DNA from: Lama guanicoe | Taxonomy: Eukaryota | Direction: 5' to 3' | Length of the DNA stretch: 64,000 nt | Assembly (NCBI GenBank): GCA_013239625.1 | Contig: MU053444.1 | Span: 389,822-453,821 of the forward strand | Shown here: positions 12,986 through 25,232 of the stretch, piece by piece | Position numbering within the stretch: position 1 is the stretch's first letter | Layout of the letters: the number at the start of each line of letters is the position of its first letter | Translations under genes and position numbers: made by a program | Notes under the pieces: generated by a model | Database searches by the model: none | Seen by the model: the letters and a program-made list of their open reading frames with translations, nothing else | Told to the model about the DNA's origin: nothing

Positions 12986-13169
12986 AAAATTATTTTTTTA
13001 AAAAAGAAAAAGAACAAAGAAGAAAAGGGATCTCAAACAACCCAATTTTAAAAAGAAAAAAAATTTTAAAAATCATAAACAACTCGGTCTTTGGCTGGAT
13101 TAGGAGTTTGGGATTAACAGGTACACACTACTATGTATCAAATAAATAACCAACTCCCAGGTCCTTAAT

Positions 13170-16100
13170 AACCTAGTTCAACCTGAATCCTTTCTAATTT
13201 TAAAGACAGTCTTAGCAAGCAAGGAATGGAAGAGAGCTTCCTCAAGAAATAAAGAGAATTTACAGAAATCCTTCAGTTAACATCAAAATTAATGGTAACG
13301 TACTGAGTAGTTTCTCCCCGAGGTCAGAAACAAAACCAAGATGTTCACTCTCACTACTTTTATACACTTTACCGGTATTGTGAGCCGGTAACACAAGGAA
13401 AAGAAAAATAGCATAAAGATTATGAAGGAAGAAGTAAACTTCTCTTTATTCACAGATGACAAAATGGATTACACAGAAAATTTTCATAAATCTACAACAC
13501 AACTACCAGAATAAGTGAATCAGGAAGGTTGCGGGATACAAGGGAAATGTGCAAACCTCAACTGTTTTCCTATATAGTAGCATTGAACAATTAGAGAATA
13601 AATAGTACAGACAGCACAAAGTAAAAAGTGAAAACACTATAAAATATTCAGGAACGTACTTTATGAAAAATTGGCAAAACTGCTAAACTGAAAACCACAG
13701 AACCAGGAGAAATAAAAAACTTAAGTAAAGGTACCAGGGTCATGGACTGGAAAACGCAGCACTGTTGAGATGTCAGTTCTCCCCAAAATAAGCAATACAA
13801 TCTCAAAAAAAAATAGAAAGTCCTAACAGGGTGTGCCTGTGTGTGTGCATGTGCGCGCTTGTGTGTATTTGTGGAAACTGATGAGCTGATTCTAAAATGT
13901 AATGAAAATGCAGAAGACCTATAGCAGCACAGAATTGTCCAGAATGTCTAAAAACATAGATATCATTATAATATATTCTGTAGATGAAAGATAATCCTGG
14001 CAGCAGTCTGTATTCATGCTGTAGAACAGCCAAGCAGTCTTGAGGAAAACAGCAAACCTACAAGGCTAATACTGCCAGATAGCAAGACTTATTACTAAGT
14101 TATAATATTATAATAGTGTAAGTGTAGTGTTGTCCTAAACATGGATAGATCAGCCAATGGGACAGAACAGAAATTCTAGGAACATTATCTTACATACATG
14201 ATTGCCTGATAATTGACAAGGACAAAAACTGCTATTCAGTGGAAGAAAGGATAGTCTTTTGAATATGTTTCTGTTCATCAGAAGATAATAAGAAAATGAC
14301 AAGACATTTCAAAAAATGTATTTTTCAATACATACTTTTGACAAAAGATTCATTCTTGGAATATATTTTTAAATACTATAAATCAATAGAAAAAGACCAG
14401 TAACCCAATAATATAATAAAAATAGAGGACCTGAATATTAACTTCACTAAAGGAGATATCCAAGTAGGCAACAAACAGATGGAAAGATGTTCAAAATCAT
14501 TAATCGTCACAGAAATGGAAATTAAAATTTGATGAGGTAACACAACACAATGACTAGAATGGCTGAAATTAATTAGACTGACAATACTAAGTGCTAACAG
14601 GATGTGATGCAACTGGAACTCTCACACAAGGATGGTGGCAGTATAATTGAATTCAAACATTTTGGAAAACTGTTTAAATTAAATATTACTAAAGCTAAAT
14701 ATGTGACTACTCTATACTCAGCAAGTTGATTTCTGGTTATACATCTAACAAAAATAACATCCTGCAAAATACACATGAAGAATATTTATGGAAAAGGAAA
14801 TCAAAGTGGCAGTAGAGGAAAATGCTGAATTCATCTCCTTCCATGAACACATCAAAAATACGTCTATCTCTGGAGCAATTCTCACTGAAAACAATCTGGA
14901 GACCCACAGAAAGACCCTTACACAACTAAGGCTGTAAAAAGAACCCACAGGGAGCTGGGAAGGAAGGGATCAGGTCGAGACCTGCACCCCTAGGAGGGAT
15001 ATTACACAGGCTTAGAGATCCTCCCCAGGGAGTGAGTTCAAACCACATGCCGGGCACCCCCAGCCCTGGGGCCCAACACCAGGAAGACAAGGCCCCTTGG
15101 CTGGTATGAACATCAGTGGGACTGGAGAGGGCACTGTGAGAAACTCGGCACTCCACTCATGAAGAGCATGTCACACATGCTTGCCTGCTCAAAAAAGAAG
15201 GTGGAGGAAGCCGACTGAGACTGCCAGGACTCTGGCTGGTTTCTCTGGACTTCTGCCCAGACTACACAAAGTACCCGCTCCTGCCCCTTTTGCTCCATGG
15301 CACAGCTCCTCACTAGGGTGAAGGCTGCTGCTGAGGAGAGAGCACAAATGGGGGACAGAGCTTGACTAGATCTGACACTGCATTGAATGGAACGGGGGGC
15401 ATTACTGGTGCTGTCAGGGATGGCAGATTGGGAGTGTCCTGGAACACTGACATGTGCCAGGACTAGTACAGTGGGTGCACAGTCCAGCCTCTCCTGCTTC
15501 TGTGCTGTTTCCCTCTGAGGAATGGAACCAGCTCTGACCCAACCATCAGGGCTTCTGTACTAGCACCTTAAGGCTATGGTAACTACAAATCAAAAACGTA
15601 CAATGGATTTTTTTTTTGTAATAAAAAATTCTCCTAACAAACAAATGTCCAAGACTGGATGGCTTCACAGGGAAATTCTACCAAACACATAATGACCAAC
15701 TAATACCTCCCTTCTCACACTATCCTGAAAACTGAAGAAAACAGAACACGCCCAAATTCATTCCACAAGGTAAAAAGTACCCTGATATCAAAACCAGGCA
15801 AATACACTATGAAAAAGAAAATTATAGGCCAATACTTCTGATGAATATAGATGGAAAAATACTCAACAAAATATTAGCAAAGTGAATACAAAAGTATATA
15901 AAAAGAATCATAAACCACGATAAAGTAGGTAAATTTATTTGAGAGATGCAAGGATGGATCATTACCTGCAAATCAATTCATGTGACACACCACATTAATG
16001 AAAGGAAGGGAAAAATCACATGATCATCTCAATAGGTGCAGATGAAAGCATTTGATCAAATTCAATATTCATTCATGATAGAAACTCTCATTATACTGGG

Positions 16101-16509
16101 TATAGAGCGAGCATAGCTCAACATAATAAAGGCCATTTATGACAAACTCACAGCCAACATCATACTCAATAGTGAAAAGCTGAAAGCCTTCCCATTAAAT
16201 CCAGGAACAAGACAGGGATGCCCACTATTGCCACTTGTCAACACAGTATTGGAAGCGCTAATCACAGCAATCAGAGACACATGCACACAGATTAAGTGGT
16301 GTCCAAATTGGAGGGTTAGTGGTATAACTGTCCCTGTTTGCAGATAATTACTCCTGAGTATATATCCAAAGAAAACAAAAACACTAATTTGAAAAAATAC
16401 ATGCACCCCAATGTTCACAGCAGCATTATTTACAATGGCCAAGACATGGAAACAACATAAGTGCCCACTGACAGATGACTAGATAAAGACATGAGGGGGT
16501 ACATACACA

Positions 16510-16550
<41 letters not shown>

Positions 16551-17500
16551 ACACAGTGGAACATTACTCGGTCATAAAAAATAATGAAATCTGTCTTTTG
16601 CAGCAGTGTGGATGGACCTAGAGAATATTATGCTCTAGTAAGTGAAATGATCAGAGAAAGACAAATACTATATATTAATTATACGTGGAAACTAAAAAAT
16701 TTTACAAATGAATGTATATGCAAAACAGAAACAGACTCACAGATACAGAAAACAAACATGGTTACTAAAGGGAGATGGAAGTGGAGAGGGACAAATTCGG
16801 AGTCTGGTTTATCAAATAGAAACTACAATGTATAAAATAGGTGAGCAACAAGGATATATTGTATAGCACAGGGAATTATAGGCATTATCTTGTAGTAACT
16901 TTAAATGGAGCACCTGAAACAAATATAATATTGTAAATCAGCTATACTTCAAATACAACAATTTATAACACCCTTTTTCAAATGCCCCAAATTTCAAAAT
17001 AAATCTATCTAAAACAAATATGTTTCAAATATGTACCTTAAATGCGTTTCAATAATAAAGTGGACAGATAAATTCTGGAATAGTCACAATGGAACACTAC
17101 ACAGCAATACAAAGCATTAAACTACTAATATATATAATACACATGTATCTCACAAACACAGTGCTGATCCAAAGAAGCTAGATTCTACATATATGTTTGT
17201 GTATTTGTAGTATATATACACATGTATAGTGTGTATGCATGTATATACACAGTGCAAATACACATACAGTGCATACTGTATGACTAGTTATCTGAAGTTA
17301 AGAACAGGCAAACTTGATCTATGATAATAGAAGGGAGAGATGTTACTTACTGGTGAGGACACCAGGGAGCCTCCTGGGGTGCTAAGAAATGTTCCATATG
17401 TTAACATTCATAATGAAAATATGGGTCTGTACATATATAAAATTGTATGTACTTGAACACTTAAACACTGTATTTAACTCTATATAATTTATATCTTTAA
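13170..17500 (+). mobile_element. Old L1 ORF2/3' remnant, interrupted at ~14790-16955 by a younger internally deleted L1
   Basis: Degenerate ORF2 motifs (CTTCTCTTTATTCACAGATGAC = LFTDD). The old element resumes at ~16960. The insert contains an L1 5'UTR, an ORF2 RT piece and a 3'UTR. Confidence 0.75.
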
Positions 17501-17626
17501 AAAAAAAGGAAACCATTTGGATATGAGAGTGACAAAAGAAGATACTGGGTGATTTTGTGACACTGGGTATTTGGGTCATGTCAGCAAGCTACTTCCAAAG
17601 TTCAAGAGCCACTAAAAAGTGACTCC

Positions 17627-17860
17627 TTTTTTTTTAACATTTTTTATTGATTTATAATCATTTTACAATGTTGTGTCAAATTCCAGTGTTCAGCACAATT
17701 TTTCACTCATTCATGGACATATACACACTCATTGTCACCTTTGTTTCTCTGTGAGTTATCATAACATTTTGTGTATATTTCCCTGTATACAGTGTAATCT
17801 TGTTTATCTATTCTACAATTTTGAAATCCCAGTCTATCCCTTCCCACCCTCCACCCCCCT
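17627..17860 (-). mobile_element. Short young L1 3' tail (second copy at 19551-19784)
   Basis: Poly-T plus TTTATT; reverse complement of the L1 tails at ~35040-35285 and ~46520-46760. Confidence 0.85.
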
Positions 17861-17951
17861 GAAGACCATTTCAATGGCCTTAATCTCTGAACTAACTCTG
17901 TGATCTAATTTCCTCCTCAACTCCATCTGGCCCAGACTCACACTAACTCAC

Positions 17952-18047
17952 CTGGGACACTCCAGCTTGATGATTCTTCCTCAAATATCCATGGCTCCTC
18001 TCCTTGCTCCAGCTTGAGGGTCACTTCTGGTTTAGGGATGCAATACC
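17952..18047 (-). pseudogene. ZNF37A: KRAB-B exon, distal copy (96 bp)
   Basis: Same sequence as 19876-19971; KPEV..[8 protein letters not shown] KRAB-B signature. Confidence 0.92.
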
Positions 18048-18326
18048 CTGTAAATGAGCACTGCATGATGAGACAAATTGGATGAGTTGTGTGGCCTTTG
18101 AAGAAGGAGGACAGTATACCTCAAAGAGTGTCCATTTAAAAAAAAGCTCATTTAATCCTGTTATGGGACAGAGGACAACACATTCTTCCTGGTACCGAAA
18201 AGGGATAAATTATTCTTTACCTCTGAATCCCCAAACTAAATATTATTATATTCTACAAAAATTCCACAAGTAAATAAGAAAGGACATGTAAATGGGGGGA
18301 CTACATGGGAAGCAAGTGCTACCCAC

Positions 18327-18453
18327 CCATTGGGAGGAGGTGGCTGTAGTTCTCCAGCATCACATCCCTGTACAGGGTCCTCTAAGCAGGGTCCAGGTGC
18401 TACCATTCCGCCTGGGTGAGGCCCACAGGTACATCCCTGAGTGACAAGGATCC
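18327..18453 (-). pseudogene. ZNF37A: KRAB-A exon, distal copy (127 bp; TAG stops at 18402-18400 and 18384-18382)
   Basis: Same sequence as 20251-20377, offset 1924 bp. Confidence 0.92.
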
Positions 18454-19875
18454 CTAGAAAAATATATTTCTACTCAACCTGAAATGGCCCAAATCAGGTG
18501 ATGTGGGAAAAAAAAATCTGTCTTTTGCAGCAGTGTGTATGGACCTAGAGAATATTATGCTCTAGTGAAATGAGTCAGAGAAAGACAAATACTATATATT
18601 AATTATACGTGGAAACTAAAAAATTTTACAAATGAATGTATATGCAAAACAGAAACAGACTCACAGATACAGAAAACAAACATGGTTACTAAAGGGAGAT
18701 GGAAGTGGAGAGGGACAAATTCGGAGTCTGGTTTATCAAATAGAAACTACAATGTATAAAATAGGTGAGCAACAAGGATATATTGTATAGCACAGGGAAT
18801 TATAGGCATTATCTTGTAGTAACTTTAAATGGAGCACCTGAAACAAATATAATATTGTAAATCAGCTATACTTCAATTACAACAATTTATAACACCCTTT
18901 TTCAAATGCCCCAAATTTCAAAATAAATCTATCTAAAACAAATATGTTTCAAATATGTACCTTAAATGCGTTTCAATAATAAAGTGGACAGATAAATTCT
19001 GGAATAGTCACAATGGAACACTACACAGCAATACAAAGCATTAAACTACTAATATATATAATACACATGTATCTCACAAACACAGTGCTGATCCAAAGAA
19101 GCTAGATTCTACATATATGTTTGTGTATTTGTAGTATATATACACATGTATAGTGTGTATGCATGTATATACACAGTGCAAATACACATACAGTGCATAC
19201 TGTATGACTAGTTATCTGAAGTTAAGAACAGGCAAACTTGATCTATGATAATAGAAGGGAGAGATGTTACTTACTGGTGAGGACACCAGGGAGCCTCCTG
19301 GGGTGCTAAGAAATGTTCCATATGTTAACATTCATAATGGAAATATGGGTCTGTACATATATAAAATTGTATGTACTTGAACACTTAAACACTGTATTTA
19401 ACTCTATATAATTTATATCTTTAAAAAAAAAGGAAACCATTTGGATATGAGAGTGACAAAAGAAGATACTGGGTGATTTTGTGACACTGGGTATTTGGGT
19501 CATGTCAGCAAGCTACTTCCAAAGTTCAAGAGCCACTAAAAAGTGACTCCTTTTTTTTTAACATTTTTTATTGATTTATAATCATTTTACAATGTTGTGT
19601 CAAATTCCAGTGTTCAGCACAATTTTTCACTCATTCATGGACATATACACACTCATTGTCACCTTTGTTTCTCTGTGAGTTATCATAACATTTTGTGTAT
19701 ATTTCCCTGTATACAGTGTAATCTTGTTTATCTATTCTACAATTTTGAAATCCCAGTCTATCCCTTCCCACCCTCCACCCCCCTGAAGACCATTTCAATG
19801 GCCTTAATCTCTGAACTAACTCTGTGATCTAATTTCCTCCTCAACTCCATCTGGCCCAGACTCACACTAACTCAC

Positions 19876-19971
19876 CTGGGACACTCCAGCTTGATGATTC
19901 TTCCTCAAATATCCATGGCTCCTCTCCTTGCTCCAGCTTGAGGGTCACTTCTGGTTTAGGGATGCAATACC
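19876..19971 (-). pseudogene. ZNF37A: KRAB-B exon, copy nearer the promoter (96 bp, open)
   Basis: catttacag|GGTATTGCATCCCT...GTGTCCCAG|gtgagt; (G)[31 protein letters not shown]. Confidence 0.92.
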
Positions 19972-20250
19972 CTGTAAATGAGCACTGCATGATGAGACAA
20001 ATTGGATGAGTTGTGTGGCCTTTGAAGAAGGAGGACAGTATACCTCAAAGAGTGTCCATTTAAAAAAAAGCTCATTTAATCCTGTTATGGGACAGAGGAC
20101 AACACATTCTTCCTGGTACCGAAAAGGGATAAATTATTCTTTACCTCTGAATCCCCAAACTAAATATTATTATATTCTACAAAAATTCCACAAGTAAATA
20201 AGAAAGGACATGTAAATGGGGGGACTACATGGGAAGCAAGTGCTACCCAC

Positions 20251-20377
20251 CCATTGGGAGGAGGTGGCTGTAGTTCTCCAGCATCACATCCCTGTACAGG
20301 GTCCTCTAAGCAGGGTCCAGGTGCTACCATTCCGCCTGGGTGAGGCCCACAGGTACATCCCTGAGTGACAAGGATCC
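20251..20377 (-). pseudogene. ZNF37A: KRAB-A exon, copy nearer the promoter (127 bp, two TAG stops)
   Basis: tttttctag|GGATCCTTGTCA...CCCAATGG|gtgggt; translates [40 protein letters not shown]. Confidence 0.92.
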
Positions 20378-22397
20378 CTAGAAAAATATATTTCTACTCA
20401 ACCTGAAATGGCCCAAATCAGGTGATGTGGGAAAAAAAATAACTGTTTAAATACAAATTTTTACCATTTTTACTATTGAAAATTGACCGGAAATGTTACA
20501 AAAGACCTCTACTACATAGCTTGTTTTATGCTACACTTTGTGAGTGAAAAAGAAATCAGCAGAAATAACACTGGCGAATTAATTTACTACTAAATGGAAA
20601 AATATCTGCATGCCCTCATGCGCCCAGATCTGCTCTAGATTTTGAGAATTCCAAGTTGAATAATAAACTCTTCCTGGTCTGAAAGAACTTACTCTTATAA
20701 TGAAACATATAAAGACATACCTAACATAGCACTTAAAGGACCCATACTACAAACACTTACAATGCAGACAGAGATCATAAAGGGGTTCTGTGCAAGTTCG
20801 TGTGAGTGTTAGCACCTTGGGTTTGACTGAGCAGATAAAACTTTCAGTGATTAAATATAAATAGCAGTTTCTCTATAAATATATGGCAGAACATCAATGA
20901 AAGTTAAAAAGACTTGAAAAACTGTGGCTAGACAATGGACTGCACAACAGGACAGGAGAGCAGGTCTGAACCTGTGATACAACAAAGGCTGTAGAGGCAG
21001 GGAGAAGAGATTCTGGGGAGGAAACAAGCTAATCTATTTGACTTAAATCCTGTTAGTGATCTCCAAATATTTAATCACTCACCTACATCCCCAAAATTCT
21101 TGAGCAATCATCAGTTTTATTTATATTTATCTATAAATTAAATACAATGCTGTCAATGCTGTCAATTCACATTTGAAGAGAGCTTAATTCTGTTATTTTT
21201 CAGATAAAAATGTAAATGAACAAGCTAATATTTTCTTCTCATGCCCTAAAGGAATGGCAACATATGATGTGTGCAGAAGCATCTTACACACTCCCTTGGG
21301 GTCTTGCCTCCCTCCCTTCCCCCATCTCCACTCACCGCAGGTCCCTGCTGTGAACAGCAGGAAGCCAATCATGCAATGGGAATACACATCTCTGTCCTAG
21401 TTACACAAACTAATTGTCAGTGAGGAAGCAATGATCCCAGAGTAGGGTGGAGCTGGATTGACTAAATTAAGGGGGGCAGCACTGAAGATGCTAAACAGGG
21501 AAATTGCTGAGCAAAGGGAGAGAGGAAGAGTTTACTCACAGAGGGTCTGCATGTTCTGCCCTGGAGGTTCTGGAAACTTTTGTCAAGTCTGGAGAAGCAG
21601 AAGGAAGAGTAGTGACAATGAAACAGATACTAGACTTACATATAGGGCTCCAAATGTCTTCAGAACATAGAAGTGGAAATATTCACTTAAAGGTGAGACA
21701 GAGGATTCTGGAGATCAGGAGAGGGGTCTACTATGAAAATAAGGATGTGGGTGAAAATGGCAATGAGACAGATTGAGGAAAGAGAAACCAGCACAGAACT
21801 TGAGGGAACAGCAATATTTGAGTGGCTGGTAGAAAAAAAGAAAACTAGGCTATGAAGGCTGAGAAGAAATTTTCTGAATTGTGAGAGCATAACCAGATGA
21901 CAGAGAATAGTGGAAACAGTGAGCACAATTTCACAAATATCTGACATTTCCTATTAAAGATACTGGAGATAAAACACACATCTGCCTCTGATGCCTACAA
22001 TAATAGAAGTGGAAGAAACAATAAAATAAAAATAAAACAAACAAATGTACAAATAAGAGAATACTGAAAAAGATAATTTCATGTAACTTCTGGATAATAT
22101 CAGCAAATTGCATCAGATGAACGAAACTGGAGGCACGGTGCCTACAATTTATAGAAACACAGGTAGGCAGAAACGGTGGCTTCCAACCACAGCCAGAGAC
22201 CACCAGGCTCTAAGCCTTCAAACCAGGTGAGGGTCAGCACAGGTAGTCGGATGGCTGACTCAATGACAAAATACTTGACTGCCAGGGAACCTTGATGGCC
22301 CCCTACTTTGTGGAGATCCAGCAGTCAGTGAAGACTAAGGCTGATGAGCAACCATTATCTAAAGCTGGGACACATTAAAAAATAATAAATCTATATA

Positions 22398-24666
22398 CAG
22401 TCAGCCCTTCTTATGTCCAGGTTCCACATCCACAGATTCAACCAACTATGGATTGAAAATATTTGAGGAAAAAATTCCTGTAATTTCCAAAAGCAAAACC
22501 GAATTTGCCACATACCTGCAATTACTTACATATAATTTACACTGTATTTACAGCTATTTACATAATATTTATATTGTGCGAGGTATCAGAGTAATCTAGA
22601 GACTATAAATTATACGGGAGGATCTACTATAATGAAGGTATGAGTATACAATGGGGAAAATACAGCTTCTTCAATAAATGGTGCTGGCGGAGCCGGATAG
22701 TTACTTGCAAAAGAATCAAACCAGATTACTATCGCATACCACATAGGAAAATAAACTCAAATGGATCAAAGACCTAAACGAAAGACCTGAAACCATTAAA
22801 CTTCTCCCAAAAAACACAGGCAGTGCACTGTCTGACATGAGTCTTAGCAATATGTTTTGCATATGTCTGCTTGGGCTAGGGAAACAAAAGCAAAAATTAA
22901 CAATTGGGACTACATCAAATTAAAAAGCTTTTGCACATCGAAAGAAATCAGCAACAAAATGAAAAGGCTGCCTACTGAATGGGACAAGATATTTGCAAAA
23001 GATGTATCGAACAAGGGGTTAATATCTAAAATATACAAAAAACTCACACAACTTGACAAGAATAAAAACAACAATTAAAAATGGGCAAGGGACTGAACAG
23101 ACATTGTTCCAAAGACATACAGATGGCCAGCAGGCACATGAAAAGATGCTCAACACCATTAATCATCAGGGAAATAAAAATCAAAACCACAATGAGATAT
23201 CACCTCACACTTGTCAGATGACTATCATCAAAAAGACAACAAATAACAAGTGTTGGCAAAGATGTGGAGACAAGGGAACCTTCATGCACTACTGGTGGGA
23301 ATGTAAATTAGTGCAGCCAATGAATATGGAAAACAGTATGAATACTCAAAATACTAAAAGTAAAACTACCATACAACCCAACAATTCTACTTTTGGCTGT
23401 TTATCTGAAGAAAATGAGAATACTAATTTGAAAAGAAATTTGTACCCCTGTGTTCAATGCAACATTATTCACAATAGCTAAGATATGGAAGCAACTTAAG
23501 TGTCGATCAACAGATGACTGGATAAAGGAGATATGATATCTATATATATATATATATGCATAAATACACACACACACAAAATGGAATATTCCTCAACCAT
23601 AGAAAAGAATGAAATCTTGCCATTTGTGACAACACTAGATGGACCTAGAAAGTATTATGCTAAGTGAAATAAATCAAAGACACATAGTATATGATTGCAC
23701 TTATATGTGGAATCTGAAAATTAAAACAAATGAACAAACATAACCAAGCAGAAACAAAGTCACACGGAGAACAAACAGGTGGGTGCCAGAGTGGAGGGAG
23801 GTGGGGTAAGGAGAGAAACAGCTGAGGGACTTTTCTTTCCCTTTTTCAGTTTTATTAGGTAGAATTATTACAGTCTGACTGCACATACACATTATATTGC
23901 CTGTGAAATAGGTGAGGGATATTAAAGAGCCAAAACTTTCAGTTTACAAGATAAATGAGTCACAGGTACAAAATATACAGTGTAGGGATATAGTCAGTAA
24001 TTATATAATATATTTGTAGAGTAACATTATAACTAGACGTATCATGGTGATCATTTTGAAATGTGTACAGAATCACCATGTTGTGTACCAGGAACTAACT
24101 TAGTACTATGGGTAAATTATATTCCCAAGACAAGCAAACAGACTCATAGAAAAAGATCAGATTTGTGGCTACCAGAGGTGGGGTAGGGAGGCAGGAGGAG
24201 AGGGAAACAGATGAAGGTAAACAAAAGGTACAAACTTTCAGTTATAAGGTAAGTACTAGGGATGAAATATACAACAGGATAGAGATAATTAACATTGCTG
24301 TATGTTATAAGTGATAATTGTTAAGAGTTAACTCCTTAGAGTTCTCAGCACAAGGGAGACTTTTTTTTCTATTTCTTTAATGTTGTATGTATATGAGATG
24401 ATGAATATTAATTAAGTATATTGTGGCAGTCATTTCATGATGTAAGTCAAATCATTATGTTGTACATCTTAAATGTATACAGTGCCATATGTTAATTTTA
24501 CCTCAATAAAACTGAAAAAAATTTTAAAAAATTACACAGGAAGATGTGAGTAGGTTTTATGCAAATACTACATTATTTTATGTAAGAAAATTGAGTGTCT
24601 GCAGATTTTGGTATCCATGGGTGGTCCCAGAGCCAACCTCCAGCAAATACCAACAGATGACTCTAT
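22398..24666 (-). mobile_element. MER2B-type MITE split by a ~1.9 kb L1
   Basis: Left half CAGTCAGCCCT...GTAATCTAGAG; right half TTATGCAAATACTAC...CAGATGACTCTATA. Confidence 0.75.
22624..24528 (+). mobile_element. 5'-truncated LINE-1 (ORF2 C-terminus plus 3'UTR)
   Basis: ORF 22857..23078 KAKINNWDYIKLKSFCTSKE; TSD AAATTATACGGGAGGAT / AAATTACACAGGAAGAT. Confidence 0.9.
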
Positions 24667-25232
24667 ATGGACACACAGACAGTTCTGCCCAAAGTGAAGC
24701 TAACTAAGAATGCGGCTCCTCACACTTCAATCCTCCATAAGAGCACGTAGCTTATTTTAAAGCAACTACTTAGTGAAACAGATCTTAGTGCTCTAATTTC
24801 AGCATAGACCACTCTCCATTTCAAGAACTGAAGGGGGACCTCCTGCTTGCTTGCCTGCCTCCTTTCTGCCTGGGCTGAAGGAGAGTCCTCCCATGTCCAT
24901 CCCCTACCCACTCACCTACAGAACCTTCTGGTGAGAGTCTGTGGTAAGATACATCCATATCTGCATCCTTACCTACCGAGTCACCTGTGCTGATCAAACT
25001 AGTTTTCAGAGAAAAACAGGAGAGAAAAATTATGATGTATCAAACAAGAAGGGAAAACAAAAGCATTAAAAGTAAGCCACCAGAATGAACAGAATGACTA
25101 AAGAGAAAGGGGGGGAAGTACAAAAATAAGGGAAAATTTTGAAATATTCTAAATAGAATCCTCAAATATGTTCAGGGGAATATTGCTTCTACATAAAGTG
25201 AGAACAGTTGGCGATAAGAATCCATCAGAGAG

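Larger units (their letters stand above)
16587..20440. repeat. Direct tandem duplication, unit ~1.93 kb (about 16587-18513 and 18514-20440)
   Basis: Units align base for base with about five differences seen by eye; junction ...GATGTGGGAAAAAAAAATCTGTC... The ORF track also repeats at +1924. Confidence 0.95.

Noticed and set aside
17952..20377. Novel double-KRAB protein from the duplicated exons
   Set aside because: Both KRAB-A copies contain stops, and B-to-A splicing is out of frame.
18514..20440. L1 3' transduction of the KRAB exons
   Set aside because: The copy is directly adjacent, has no added poly(A) or TSD, and the terminal A-run is in both units; tandem duplication or misassembly is simpler.
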